From the NCBI GenBank assembly GCA_002328805.1, contig DCVX01000014.1:1-38451 (forward strand): a stretch of DNA of 38,451 nt. Reading direction: 5' to 3'. The notes beneath the pieces were generated by a model. The model was not told where the DNA came from. It searched no databases and saw only the letters and a program-made list of their open reading frames with translations. Each line of letters starts with the position of its first letter. Position 1 is the first letter of the stretch. Source of the stretch: Candidatus Dojkabacteria bacterium UBA2177. Lineage in GTDB: Bacteria > Patescibacteriota > Dojkabacteria > SC72. Position numbers and translations under genes: made by a program. Positions 16,894 through 25,854 of the stretch are shown piece after piece.

Positions 16894-19890
16894 TTAGTTT
16901 GGGATTCTCCAAATTACAGGGAATTCTAGGTCTTCATTAAGTTCAAATCTTCCAGAGAGTTGGTTACTTATACTATTTAATCCTTGGGAACTCTCCAAAT
17001 TCCATGTAGAAGGATAGGAGATATCTAGTTTGTAAGCAAATTTCTTTTCTCCAGGCTGTTTAAATAGGTTTATATCAAAGAAGGCGTTTTGTTCCTGTAT
17101 TACAATTGGGAAATTAGAATCTCCATCTTCTCTCTCTATTCTATATGAGATGTCTAAGGTATTTATGGAGTTGATTGGTGTGTTAAACCAACCACCAATT
17201 ACTTTAAAGCCACTTTCTCTATAAACAGAATATTCATTGTTTTCAATTCCGTTAATTCTTAGTATCTTTGCTTGAGGAGGGATATATATTCTTTGGTAAT
17301 TTATGTAATCTCCTTCTGGGTAAACATTCTCAGTAGAGGTGTTTTCTACATTTATTGAGTATATGAAATCTATGGTATCTTCATCTTTTATGTTTATGGT
17401 AAGAGAATAGTTTTTATCTAGGTATAGATTCGCCTTATTTCCTCCCCAATTCCAATCTATTGCTATTGGAGCATCATTGTATTTATTACTCATGGAGTTT
17501 GCCCAGTTTCTAGAGCTAAAGAAATTATATGCATCCTTGTTTTTAAAAGTCGCCTGTAAATGTTTTTCGTCTAAGGTCTTCTCAAAGATGTCAGCCATTC
17601 CCATAAGGTCGGCAATGTTCATAGAGAGTAATTTCTTAACTATTTCGTTTGCAAGATTAGCTAAAAAGGTTGTTTTTTGGGTAGATCCAGGGACAAACTC
17701 CTCGTGCATTTGGAATATTTTGCTGTCCAGATTTTCACTTGTAATGAGTTCTGTTTCTCCAGGGACTTCTATTCCTCCCCATCGTTCCAAGAGTTCTTTT
17801 ACAAAGGAGACATCGATTGTTATTAGGCCTTCAAGAGAACTGCCCTTTCCAAGCTCAGAGATAAAGGGTTCTGCCTCTGTGAGTGTATCGGCTAGGTCGG
17901 GGTACCAGTTTACTAAGGAGAATGGCCAGTTAGTTATCTCTAATGCATTAGACATACTTCTAGGAGGTGTCGACCTCTTGTTCTGAATCTTCAAAGTTCC
18001 GTCTGCATTGTAAATGTCGTCAACGAATAGTTCTCTTATTTGACCTCCCTCTACGCCTACGATTCCATAACTGGTTAACCAACCTCCAGTGCTTCTTATC
18101 TCACCTTCGTTTTGGAAGAGGATTAAATACCTTTTTCTCTCGTTTACTCCTAAGAGATCTGGGAGAAAAGAGTTTACGGCTTTGAAGGATTCTGTTCCTT
18201 CCTCAATTTGGGCAATAATCTCTTTGAACTCTATAATCTTGTCTTGTAGAGCCTTAGGAAATACTGTTGTGTTAAGGTTTGTTATTATCTCGGAAGCAAG
18301 AGAGATTCTGTAATCTGCTTCTTCTAATTTATAACTGTTTTTCTCTATCTCTTCTAAATAAGTTCTGTATTCTCTTGTTGTTGTGGGAGTAGAAGTTTGA
18401 AAATCTATTGCTGGTTCAAAATCCTGCATGTACTGTGTTAGGGGATATACAGCATCCACTAACTGTTTAGCTCCTTGTGCAGTATATTGAGCTCCAAGAA
18501 CTAATTGGGTGGTGTTGTCATACAATTCATTCTTACCTAAAATTTGGAATATCCAATACATCTGGTCCACACTCTGTCCTACTCTGGAGATGTTTTTCTC
18601 CAAAGATTCTATTTCCTGAGAACTCTGTGTTCTATCTATCTCTAGAATAGAGGTTGAAATGTTTTTGACGGAAGAATTAATTAAAAGTAATCCTATTACT
18701 GTCCCAACTATTGGGTATATTACAAAATATGTAAGGGCTATTAGGAAGATAGTGATTAAAGACCTTTTTATTATTTTCCCCCCCTCTATTTTCTTCTCTT
18801 TTCTTTTTACAAAGATTCCTTTAACGGGGGTAAGGAGAGAGGAGAGGAGTTCCCCGAGCTTGGTTTTTCCTTCTTTAACTGTCTTTTTTTGTTTTATCTT
18901 TTGTGGTGTTTTATCTAGGTCCCAAGTCTTATTTGTTGCTTCATAGTATTTTTGAATTTGCTCTATAAGAGCCTCTTCAAGGCTTACCTGTTGGTCCCAA
19001 CCATAGTTGGATGCATGAGGTGCTGGAACATAAAGATCTTGAATGAGAAATTGCTCCTCGGGATTCTCTACAAAACGAATAGTTTGAGCCTCAGTATTAA
19101 GTTCCAAAAGCTTGTAAGCTAAGGAAAGAGTCGTGTAATTGTTTTTGTTAGCTAGAGAGATTACTTCGCCTCTAGTATTGTCAGAAAAGGATAATTTTAA
19201 TATTCCGTATGTAGCATCTGCCTCGTGTATTAGGGAATGTAGATCTAATCCCTCACCTTTTATGGTTATTTGGCTTTTCTGGACAGTATCTGTAAGAAGA
19301 CCATCTAGAGTCTCGTTGTTAACTCTCTCTATTCCTCTACCAATAACTGTTCCTAGTCTTAGGATTCGAAGATTAATATTAGATTTGTCCTTGAACTCTG
19401 CAGCTAGTGTTTCGCAATATTTCTGAAGTTCCATAGCAGAGTAGGGAGATGGAGTAGAAAGCCGTTCGTTATTGACTCTGTTTGCTAATTCTCTATTTAG
19501 TGCAAGGGATGTAATTAGAGAGAACTTCCCATTGTTTTTTCTTGTATTGGTAAGGGTTTCCTCAAGAATCTTTGTTTCATTTAGGAACTCTTTACTGTCG
19601 AATTCTTTTTTATTTAATTTCTCATTGAGGAAGTAGAAAAGATAGTCAAACCTTTTAACATTTTTGAAAAGAGAGTTAAAACCTTTGAAGTCAAAGAAGT
19701 CAAAGAGATCAGACTTCTTAAGTTCTGAAAGATATTTTCGTGTCTCACTGTTAAATTTGTCTATAATGACTACATAACAACCTTGTTCTATGAGGGTTTT
19801 TGCTGTTAAATAACCCACTCTATTCCCGCCATGGATTATTATGGCTATTGGGGTTTGGGGTTTTATTTTGTTTAATCGTAAATTACTCAT
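16894..19890 (-). CDS. Fusion of a degenerate NAD-dependent epimerase (extended SDR), a TM helix and a DUF4012-type extracellular domain
   Basis: N-terminal Rossmann pattern (IIIHGGNRVG..AKTLIEQG..VVIIDKF; LRLGTVIG); TM near aa 378-405; YLILFQNEGEIRSTGG and NWYPD typical of DUF4012 proteins. Confidence 0.8.
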   Translation of the reverse strand: MSNLRLNKIKPQTPIAIIIHGGNRVGYLTAKTLIEQGCYVVIIDKFNSETRKYLSELKKSDLFDFFDFKGFNSLFKNVKRFDYLFYFLNEKLNKKEFDSKEFLNETKILEETLTNTRKNNGKFSLITSLALNRELANRVNNERLSTPSPYSAMELQKYCETLAAEFKDKSNINLRILRLGTVIGRGIERVNNETLDGLLTDTVQKSQITIKGEGLDLHSLIHEADATYGILKLSFSDNTRGEVISLANKNNYTTLSLAYKLLELNTEAQTIRFVENPEEQFLIQDLYVPAPHASNYGWDQQVSLEEALIEQIQKYYEATNKTWDLDKTPQKIKQKKTVKEGKTKLGELLSSLLTPVKGIFVKRKEKKIEGGKIIKRSLITIFLIALTYFVIYPIVGTVIGLLLINSSVKNISTSILEIDRTQSSQEIESLEKNISRVGQSVDQMYWIFQILGKNELYDNTTQLVLGAQYTAQGAKQLVDAVYPLTQYMQDFEPAIDFQTSTPTTTREYRTYLEEIEKNSYKLEEADYRISLASEIITNLNTTVFPKALQDKIIEFKEIIAQIEEGTESFKAVNSFLPDLLGVNERKRYLILFQNEGEIRSTGGWLTSYGIVGVEGGQIRELFVDDIYNADGTLKIQNKRSTPPRSMSNALEITNWPFSLVNWYPDLADTLTEAEPFISELGKGSSLEGLITIDVSFVKELLERWGGIEVPGETELITSENLDSKIFQMHEEFVPGSTQKTTFLANLANEIVKKLLSMNIADLMGMADIFEKTLDEKHLQATFKNKDAYNFFSSRNWANSMSNKYNDAPIAIDWNWGGNKANLYLDKNYSLTINIKDEDTIDFIYSINVENTSTENVYPEGDYINYQRIYIPPQAKILRINGIENNEYSVYRESGFKVIGGWFNTPINSINTLDISYRIEREDGDSNFPIVIQEQNAFFDINLFKQPGEKKFAYKLDISYPSTWNLESSQGLNSISNQLSGRFELNEDLEFPVIWRIPN

Positions 19891-19899
19891 TTTTTAGTT

Positions 19900-20619
19900 T
19901 TATTCATCTACACTTTCCTCGCTTATCGTTTCTTCTGTTATCTCTTCACTGGAAATTTCCCTTTCTGTTTCAATAGTCTCTGTCTCTATGGGTTCAAAAT
20001 TTACAGGGATTGGGAAATGGAATGTTTTGAGATTAAGAACATAATTATTTCGCAGTAACACTGGGACTTTTACTTCTTCATGTCCAGGGGCTAAAACTTT
20101 AATCTCATACTGACTTTCTCTTAGTCTAAGGTTTGTTATTGGACTTTCTTTTAAAAATTCTCCATCTAGAAATACTCTGGAATTGTTGACATTACTTATT
20201 ACGGTTAAGAAGCCTTCGTCTGAGGTTGTTCTTATAGGTGTGTAGTAAATGATTGCTCCATGAAGCAAGTCTTCTGGTCCTATTTCCAAATCTATTCTTG
20301 CGGAAGTGTTTCGTGTTAACTCTATCTGGAATGAATGTTTTTTGTAAAAAGCCTCCTCTTCTACCACTTTTTGAAGTTCTACAAGGTAGGAACCTTCTGG
20401 GAGGTCTTCAATATTTGTTGGAGTCTCCCCATAATCTTGTCCGTTTATCCAGACTCTAGCGACTCCAGCTTTTGTACTAATTTCTAAGGTTGTATTGTTG
20501 TAAAAACGATTAATAAAAGGAAGTCTCCCTATTAATTGGTTAACTGGAATAAAGTAGAGCAAAACGGAGATAGCTAGTATCAGAAAAATTGTTATTAAGG
20601 CAATTTTGTTCTTTTTCAT
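19900..20619 (-). CDS. PEGA-domain membrane-anchored protein
   Basis: N-terminal TM; two repeats ARVWINGQDYGETP...LPEGSY.VEL.K and SRVFLDGEF...SP...YEIKV..PG. Confidence 0.85.
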   Translation of the reverse strand: MKKNKIALITIFLILAISVLLYFIPVNQLIGRLPFINRFYNNTTLEISTKAGVARVWINGQDYGETPTNIEDLPEGSYLVELQKVVEEEAFYKKHSFQIELTRNTSARIDLEIGPEDLLHGAIIYYTPIRTTSDEGFLTVISNVNNSRVFLDGEFLKESPITNLRLRESQYEIKVLAPGHEEVKVPVLLRNNYVLNLKTFHFPIPVNFEPIETETIETEREISSEEITEETISEESVDE

Positions 20620-20713
20620 AACTCTTAATTATATGTTTTAAACAGTTGTGCTTCCAGGACCTATAGTCTTGCCTTTTTGGATACATAATTCTAGAGAAAT
20701 GGAGATTTACTTT

Positions 20714-21922
20714 TTAGTAAGAATATCTAGATTCAGGGCTTTCTTTCTTCTCCTGCTCTTTCTTCTTTTTAGAGGCTCTTATGTTTATGTAAACAATGAA
20801 TGCTATTCCTAATGCCAAAGAAATTACTAATGTGAAGTATCTAATAGCTCCTGTTGTTAAGATGGCAAATGATCCTAGAAGCAGAGTTGCGGACATCTCT
20901 ATTAGTACAAGTTGTGCCCTTGAAAGGTTTAGATTCATTAACTGGTGATGTAAATGATCTGGACCACTTAACTTCATTAGGTCCCCTAGACTCTTAGGCT
21001 TGTATACCAAAAGTCTCTTTATTATTACATAAATAAAGTCTATTAAAGGCAGCATGAGGAGCATTACGGTTGTTGAAATCTTTGCATCTGCCACGATAGC
21101 CAGGATACATATAAGGAAACCATAAACAGATTTCCCCGCAGAGCCAGTCATAATCTTCTGAGGGGGGAATGCGAATATTAGGAATGCAAGTAATCCTCCT
21201 GCGATCAAAATACTTATTGTAGAAGAGAAAACAGACATGTCTCTCATTGCTATAACAAATATTAGGGAGAATATTACAAAAGAATTAGCCTCAATTATTC
21301 CAGGAGAGCCCGCTGTCCACTTAACAGCATTTATGCAAACAAGTATCCAGAAGAAAAGAAAGATATCTCCGGGAAGTGCAAGTGATTGCTCTATTCCAAA
21401 TATTGAGAAATTGTATGTTATGGCACTTAAATCTAGGTTAAAGAAGGGAATAGAGGTGATATTTAGTATTGAAAAAGCAATTATTCCTGCGGCAAGAATC
21501 TGGTAAAGCAGTTGGACTTTTGCAGGCAAGTTGAATATGTCATCCAATGTTGCTCCCACAATAAGAATAAAAAGAGATACCAGGATAGGTAATGTAAAGC
21601 TGTCTATTTTGAAAAACACCAATATTGCAATGAATGCTGGCAGGGTTATTGCTAGCCCCCCTAGAGATGGAGTTATCCCTTCATGGAGGGCTTTAAGAGG
21701 GTTGTCGAACTCTCTGTCGCCTCTCCCTTTTTTAGGAACATAGGTGATGTTAAATTTTAAGGCGATATAACCTAGTATTGGTGTAAGAAGGAGTGCTATA
21801 ACAAAACCTATCAAAAATATCGGCCAGTATTCGATATATTTTGCATATGCAGTATTTTGTATAAATCCAGGGATTCTGTTAAATAATCCCATTAGAAGCT
21901 CGGTTGTAGAAGAGAAGTCCAT
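20714..21922 (-). CDS. WecA/TagO/MraY-family membrane protein with altered catalytic motifs
   Basis: TPSLGGLAI, GATLDD, KVQLLYQ, PLIDF.YV..KR, DHLHHQL; about 11 TM segments. Confidence 0.85.
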   Translation of the reverse strand: MDFSSTTELLMGLFNRIPGFIQNTAYAKYIEYWPIFLIGFVIALLLTPILGYIALKFNITYVPKKGRGDREFDNPLKALHEGITPSLGGLAITLPAFIAILVFFKIDSFTLPILVSLFILIVGATLDDIFNLPAKVQLLYQILAAGIIAFSILNITSIPFFNLDLSAITYNFSIFGIEQSLALPGDIFLFFWILVCINAVKWTAGSPGIIEANSFVIFSLIFVIAMRDMSVFSSTISILIAGGLLAFLIFAFPPQKIMTGSAGKSVYGFLICILAIVADAKISTTVMLLMLPLIDFIYVIIKRLLVYKPKSLGDLMKLSGPDHLHHQLMNLNLSRAQLVLIEMSATLLLGSFAILTTGAIRYFTLVISLALGIAFIVYINIRASKKKKEQEKKESPESRYSY

Positions 21923-21923
21923 A

Positions 21924-22394
21924 TTAAAAAAGATTTACTAAGTCAATTAAAATAAGACTCTGTGAAATACTAGCTAACAAAGAAGAGAAAAGAAGGAGTC
22001 TGGTTAGCTTCTTTTCGTTATTATAGTACCTAGAAGTAAAAAGCATGGAAAGTAAAAGTGCTATTAAGGAAATCATGGGGAATATAAATATGTAATCTCT
22101 CTGTGCAAGCTTCTTTTCTGCTGACAAGAAATGCCTGAATATTGGGACGTATACTGGTAGAGTTGAAAAATTCTCCAGTATAATGGATATTTGTTGAGCT
22201 ATTAAAACAAGACCGATTGTTAATGTTGCCCAAACGAGAGGATCTTTTAAGAATTTTCTAACTTCAAACCTTAATACTGCAAAATCTATGGATCTTTTTA
22301 TCTTGAAAAACCTGTTCTTAAAAGGTTCTTTAATACCTAGTTCCAATTGCTTGGACTCCTGTTGGAGTTCTTTCTTCTTCTTTTCCCTCTTCAT
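21924..22394 (-). CDS. Hypothetical membrane protein (about 3 TM)
   Basis: 156-aa ORF filling the gap, 1 nt from the next start; TGaTATAAT 6 nt before its ATG. Confidence 0.8.
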   Translation of the reverse strand: MKREKKKKELQQESKQLELGIKEPFKNRFFKIKRSIDFAVLRFEVRKFLKDPLVWATLTIGLVLIAQQISIILENFSTLPVYVPIFRHFLSAEKKLAQRDYIFIFPMISLIALLLSMLFTSRYYNNEKKLTRLLLFSSLLASISQSLILIDLVNLF

Positions 22395-22413
22395 CTTTTC
22401 ATTATATCAAAAG

Positions 22414-23154
22414 CTACGCAACATTATTGAAAAGGTATAAATATTGCTCTAGGGAGAGATGCTGAGGTCTTTCTTGAAGCAGAGGGGTTATATCTTCCTT
22501 GGTGAAGGAATAGTCTCTCCCAAGGTTATTTTTTAAGGTTTTTCTAGGTTGCCTAAAAGCATCATGTAGGAACTTTTCAAAGGCTTTACTGTTCCTTAAG
22601 GGAACAGTTTTAGGTATAAATTGTATGAATGTACTATTTACATCAGGTCTAGGCTTAAAAGACTCTGGGGAGATATTAAACAGTTTTTTTGTATCTGCAT
22701 ACAAGGTTGTGCTTAGAGCGAGATAGTTGTTGTTTGGTTCTCTAGCACAGTATTTTTCTGCAACTTCTTTTTGTATTATAAAAAAACTTGGGGAATTGAA
22801 GAATTCTGAGGTTATGATCTTTTTAATAATTTTCTTACTTACATTGTATGGTAGGGACCCAAAAAATGTAATCTTTTTCTCTTTAAAGGGATCTAATTCG
22901 GAGAAATCCCAATCTAGGAAATCAACATTTTTAACGGTTATGGATGGGTAGAGATGCTTTAATTCCAATGATAGGTTATCGTCTTTCTCAACAGCAAAAA
23001 AATCAATATTTTCTTTAATGAAAAATTGTGTAAATGCTCCTTGCCCAGGTCCTATTTCCACTATTACATCAGGCTTTTCCTTCAACACTATGTCTGCAAT
23101 CTGTGCAGAGAGATTTTTGTTAACGAAAAAGTTTTGTCCGAGGGATTTCTTCAT
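22414..23154 (-). CDS. rsmA: 16S rRNA dimethyladenosine transferase RsmA/KsgA
   Basis: KKSLGQNF, EIGPGQG, QKEVAE, SFKPRPDVNS, FRQPRKTLKNNL. Confidence 0.95.
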   Translation of the reverse strand: MKKSLGQNFFVNKNLSAQIADIVLKEKPDVIVEIGPGQGAFTQFFIKENIDFFAVEKDDNLSLELKHLYPSITVKNVDFLDWDFSELDPFKEKKITFFGSLPYNVSKKIIKKIITSEFFNSPSFFIIQKEVAEKYCAREPNNNYLALSTTLYADTKKLFNISPESFKPRPDVNSTFIQFIPKTVPLRNSKAFEKFLHDAFRQPRKTLKNNLGRDYSFTKEDITPLLQERPQHLSLEQYLYLFNNVA

Positions 23155-24092
23155 TATTCTATCCTAAAATCCCAGATATCATCTTTTTTAGAAAATTCTA
23201 GATTGCACTTCTTACATTCTGCATAACCTTCTCCCTCAAAAGTTAGATCTCCTTTGCAAGAAGGGCAAGCAAGGATATCTCTTAAATTGGAACCCTGTTC
23301 TACTTCTTTGCCTAAAGCCTTTTTCTTGAGGGTTGTTTGAAAGAAAATGCTTGGAGGAATATTGGTCCAAGAGAGTGTCCTTTGGAGTATCTTTTCAAGG
23401 AAGATCATAACTTCACTTCCTAAAAATTTTTTAATGGTTTGTGATCTTAAGAAAGAACAACCTAGTTTTTTTTCGATAATGAAATCATTTTTTTCTAATA
23501 AGGACTTTATATTGGAAGGGTGGTAGTTAAGGAATATTCCACCTTCTTCTTTCTTGGAACCTTCTAGGTTCTCTCCAATGGGTTGTTCATATGGTTCTTC
23601 TGAAAAGAATTCAAAATCTTTTCTGAATAAAGCCTTTATCTTAGCCTTAATATGAACCTTATTTGCAAACTCTTGAACATATCTGGCATCTTTCTTGAAA
23701 ACTCTTTTTGCTTCTTTAAAATATTCTTCAGGTTTTTCTATATGGTGTAGGACCCTGACCATTAATCCCCCATCAAAAGAGCTTTCTTTAAATGGCATTT
23801 TGTAAGCATTAGCTGCTATTAAGGTTATTTTTGGATATCTGCTTTTAATAATCTCTTTGTTTTTAATTAGTGTGTTCAGGGAATAATCCAAAATAACTGG
23901 ATATTTGTAAGAGTTGTAATATGTAGAGGCAATTCTTCCGTATGAGCCTCCTACATCTAGAAACCAGTTCCCTCTATGATTCTCGAAGACTTTGTTTAAA
24001 AGGTTTTTCTCTGCAAGGTTCTCATAAAGTCTTTCCTGCCAGTATTGAGAGTAATCGTAGTTTAGTTTGTCATAATCTGATATGTCCGGCAT
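23154..24092 (-). CDS. Class I SAM methyltransferase with a C-terminal Trm112-like Zn finger
   Basis: LDVGGSYGR, MPFKESSFD, VLHH; C-terminal ILACPSCKGDL...CKKC...DDIWDF. Confidence 0.85.
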   Translation of the reverse strand: MPDISDYDKLNYDYSQYWQERLYENLAEKNLLNKVFENHRGNWFLDVGGSYGRIASTYYNSYKYPVILDYSLNTLIKNKEIIKSRYPKITLIAANAYKMPFKESSFDGGLMVRVLHHIEKPEEYFKEAKRVFKKDARYVQEFANKVHIKAKIKALFRKDFEFFSEEPYEQPIGENLEGSKKEEGGIFLNYHPSNIKSLLEKNDFIIEKKLGCSFLRSQTIKKFLGSEVMIFLEKILQRTLSWTNIPPSIFFQTTLKKKALGKEVEQGSNLRDILACPSCKGDLTFEGEGYAECKKCNLEFSKKDDIWDFRIE

Positions 24093-24093
24093 C

Positions 24094-25815
24094 TTAATTC
24101 TCTTGTAAAAGTTTATTTATTTGTGCAAGTTCTTTTAGGTATTTTTCTGCCTCTTTTGTGTTCCTTTTCTCTTCAGCTATGGCAACTTTCTGACTAAGTA
24201 TTCTCTGTTGCTCTTTTAGGTAAAGGGACTTTATTTTTCCTGCGAGTTTCTTTAATTCCTCCTTTATCTCTTCCTCTTGTTCTGGGATGACTGTTAGATT
24301 AAAGATTATATCTTCGAAGATTTCGGTAATTCCATCTGTTTCGTGTAGGATAGAGTATAATTTCTCTTTCCCCCTTTTGTAATTTTTAAGAATTTCTATG
24401 TAGAGTTGCTGAAGTTGGGTAGGTAGTATATACTTTTTATCAACAAGAAATTCTTCATCAATTTCATCTAGTAAAAGAAGCAGTTGCAAGTATCCCCTAT
24501 AGACTTTACTATCAGGCTCTTTCATGTGGACTTGGAAGGAGGGTCTTTTTCTGCCGTATTTATAGGGTTTTTCGCCACCCCCTTCAAAGAGGTCTATTTT
24601 AGTGATGTTTCTAACCTTCATTTTATAAAGGTTTAACAAGGTTTTGTCGGAGACGGAAGAAATTAGAAGACCTATAAGGTTTTTCACCTCATTTAGGTCC
24701 TCTAGCCTATTAAGGTTCTTATTCTCCAAGTAAGTGCTTAGTATAAAGGAAAACGCCTCTGCTTTGTTAGTTATCTTCCTCTTCATAAGCTTTTCTTCGT
24801 TCTGAAGGAGCTCGTCAATGTCTTTGTATGGTTCTGGGCTTGCTGCATAAGGGGCAAGTCCAAGTTCTGAAGCAATCTTGAATCCTCTTATTAATGCGTC
24901 TTGACCAGCTTTGTCACTGTCAAAGAAGAAGAGAATATTCTTTGTTGTTTTAGAAAGTTTTTCTAATTGTTCTTTCGTTAGTGCTGTTCCTAGAGGGGCT
25001 ACAATATTTTTGATTCCGTGTTGGTGTGCACTGACAACATCTGTGGATCCCTCACATATTATTGCAAGGTCTTTTTTTCTTATCTCTTGGCGAGATTCAT
25101 ACTGTCCAAAAAGGTTTTCCTTCTTGTGGAAGATTGGTGTATCTGGGGAATTCATATATTTAGGTCCCCAGTCGTTTCCAGGAAGGACTCTTCCAGTGAA
25201 GCCAAGAACTGTGCCTCGTGTGGATCTGATAGGGAACATTATGCGATCATAGAATTTCTCTTTTACAACCTTATCTTTTAATGTAAAGAGGCCAGAGTCT
25301 AATAATTGCCTTTGAGAATAATTTTTAGTTCTAAGTAGATATTTTCTAAGTTCTGGTTTTTTGGGGGCATATCCTATTCCGAAGTTTTTAATGGATTCTT
25401 TATTAAAGCCTCTTTTTTCAAGATAATCCATCGCTTTTTTATTTTCTTTAAGTTGGCTGTAGTAGTAATGAGTAGCTTTGTAATTGATTTCTTCCAGTAT
25501 TTTATATTTTGAAAATCCTTCCTGTTTTTTAAGTTCTACTCCAGCCTCTTTTGCTAGTTTTTCTAGTGCTTCAGGGAAGTCGATATTCTCTATCTTCTGT
25601 AGGAAATTAAAGATATCTCCAGATTCTAAGCAACCAAAACATTTATATCTCTGGAGGTCAGGACTTACAACAAATGATGGTGTTTTTTCGTTATGGAAGG
25701 GACAAAGGCCTACATAGTTTTTCCCAGCTTGTTTCAACTTGACGTATTTGCCAACTACATTAACAATGTCCAGCCTGTTTTTTATCTCTTCGATCTGATT
25801 GTTAGAAGAAGTCAT
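24094..25815 (-). CDS. dnaG: DNA primase
   Basis: CPFHNEKTPSF...CFGC Zn domain, RIMFPI, PKYMNSPDT, EG..D, DSDKAG TOPRIM. ATG at 25815 preferred; TGaTATAAT lies at 25826-25834. Confidence 0.97.
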   Translation of the reverse strand: MTSSNNQIEEIKNRLDIVNVVGKYVKLKQAGKNYVGLCPFHNEKTPSFVVSPDLQRYKCFGCLESGDIFNFLQKIENIDFPEALEKLAKEAGVELKKQEGFSKYKILEEINYKATHYYYSQLKENKKAMDYLEKRGFNKESIKNFGIGYAPKKPELRKYLLRTKNYSQRQLLDSGLFTLKDKVVKEKFYDRIMFPIRSTRGTVLGFTGRVLPGNDWGPKYMNSPDTPIFHKKENLFGQYESRQEIRKKDLAIICEGSTDVVSAHQHGIKNIVAPLGTALTKEQLEKLSKTTKNILFFFDSDKAGQDALIRGFKIASELGLAPYAASPEPYKDIDELLQNEEKLMKRKITNKAEAFSFILSTYLENKNLNRLEDLNEVKNLIGLLISSVSDKTLLNLYKMKVRNITKIDLFEGGGEKPYKYGRKRPSFQVHMKEPDSKVYRGYLQLLLLLDEIDEEFLVDKKYILPTQLQQLYIEILKNYKRGKEKLYSILHETDGITEIFEDIIFNLTVIPEQEEEIKEELKKLAGKIKSLYLKEQQRILSQKVAIAEEKRNTKEAEKYLKELAQINKLLQEN

Positions 25816-25854
25816 AGGTGGCAGTATTATATCATTTCCTAGCAAATTAGGATT

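Noticed and set aside
20620..20713. Small RNA or peptide in the WecA-PEGA spacer
   Set aside because: No tRNA fold or strong stem; the only ATG-initiated frame overlaps the PEGA gene out of frame and has no motif.
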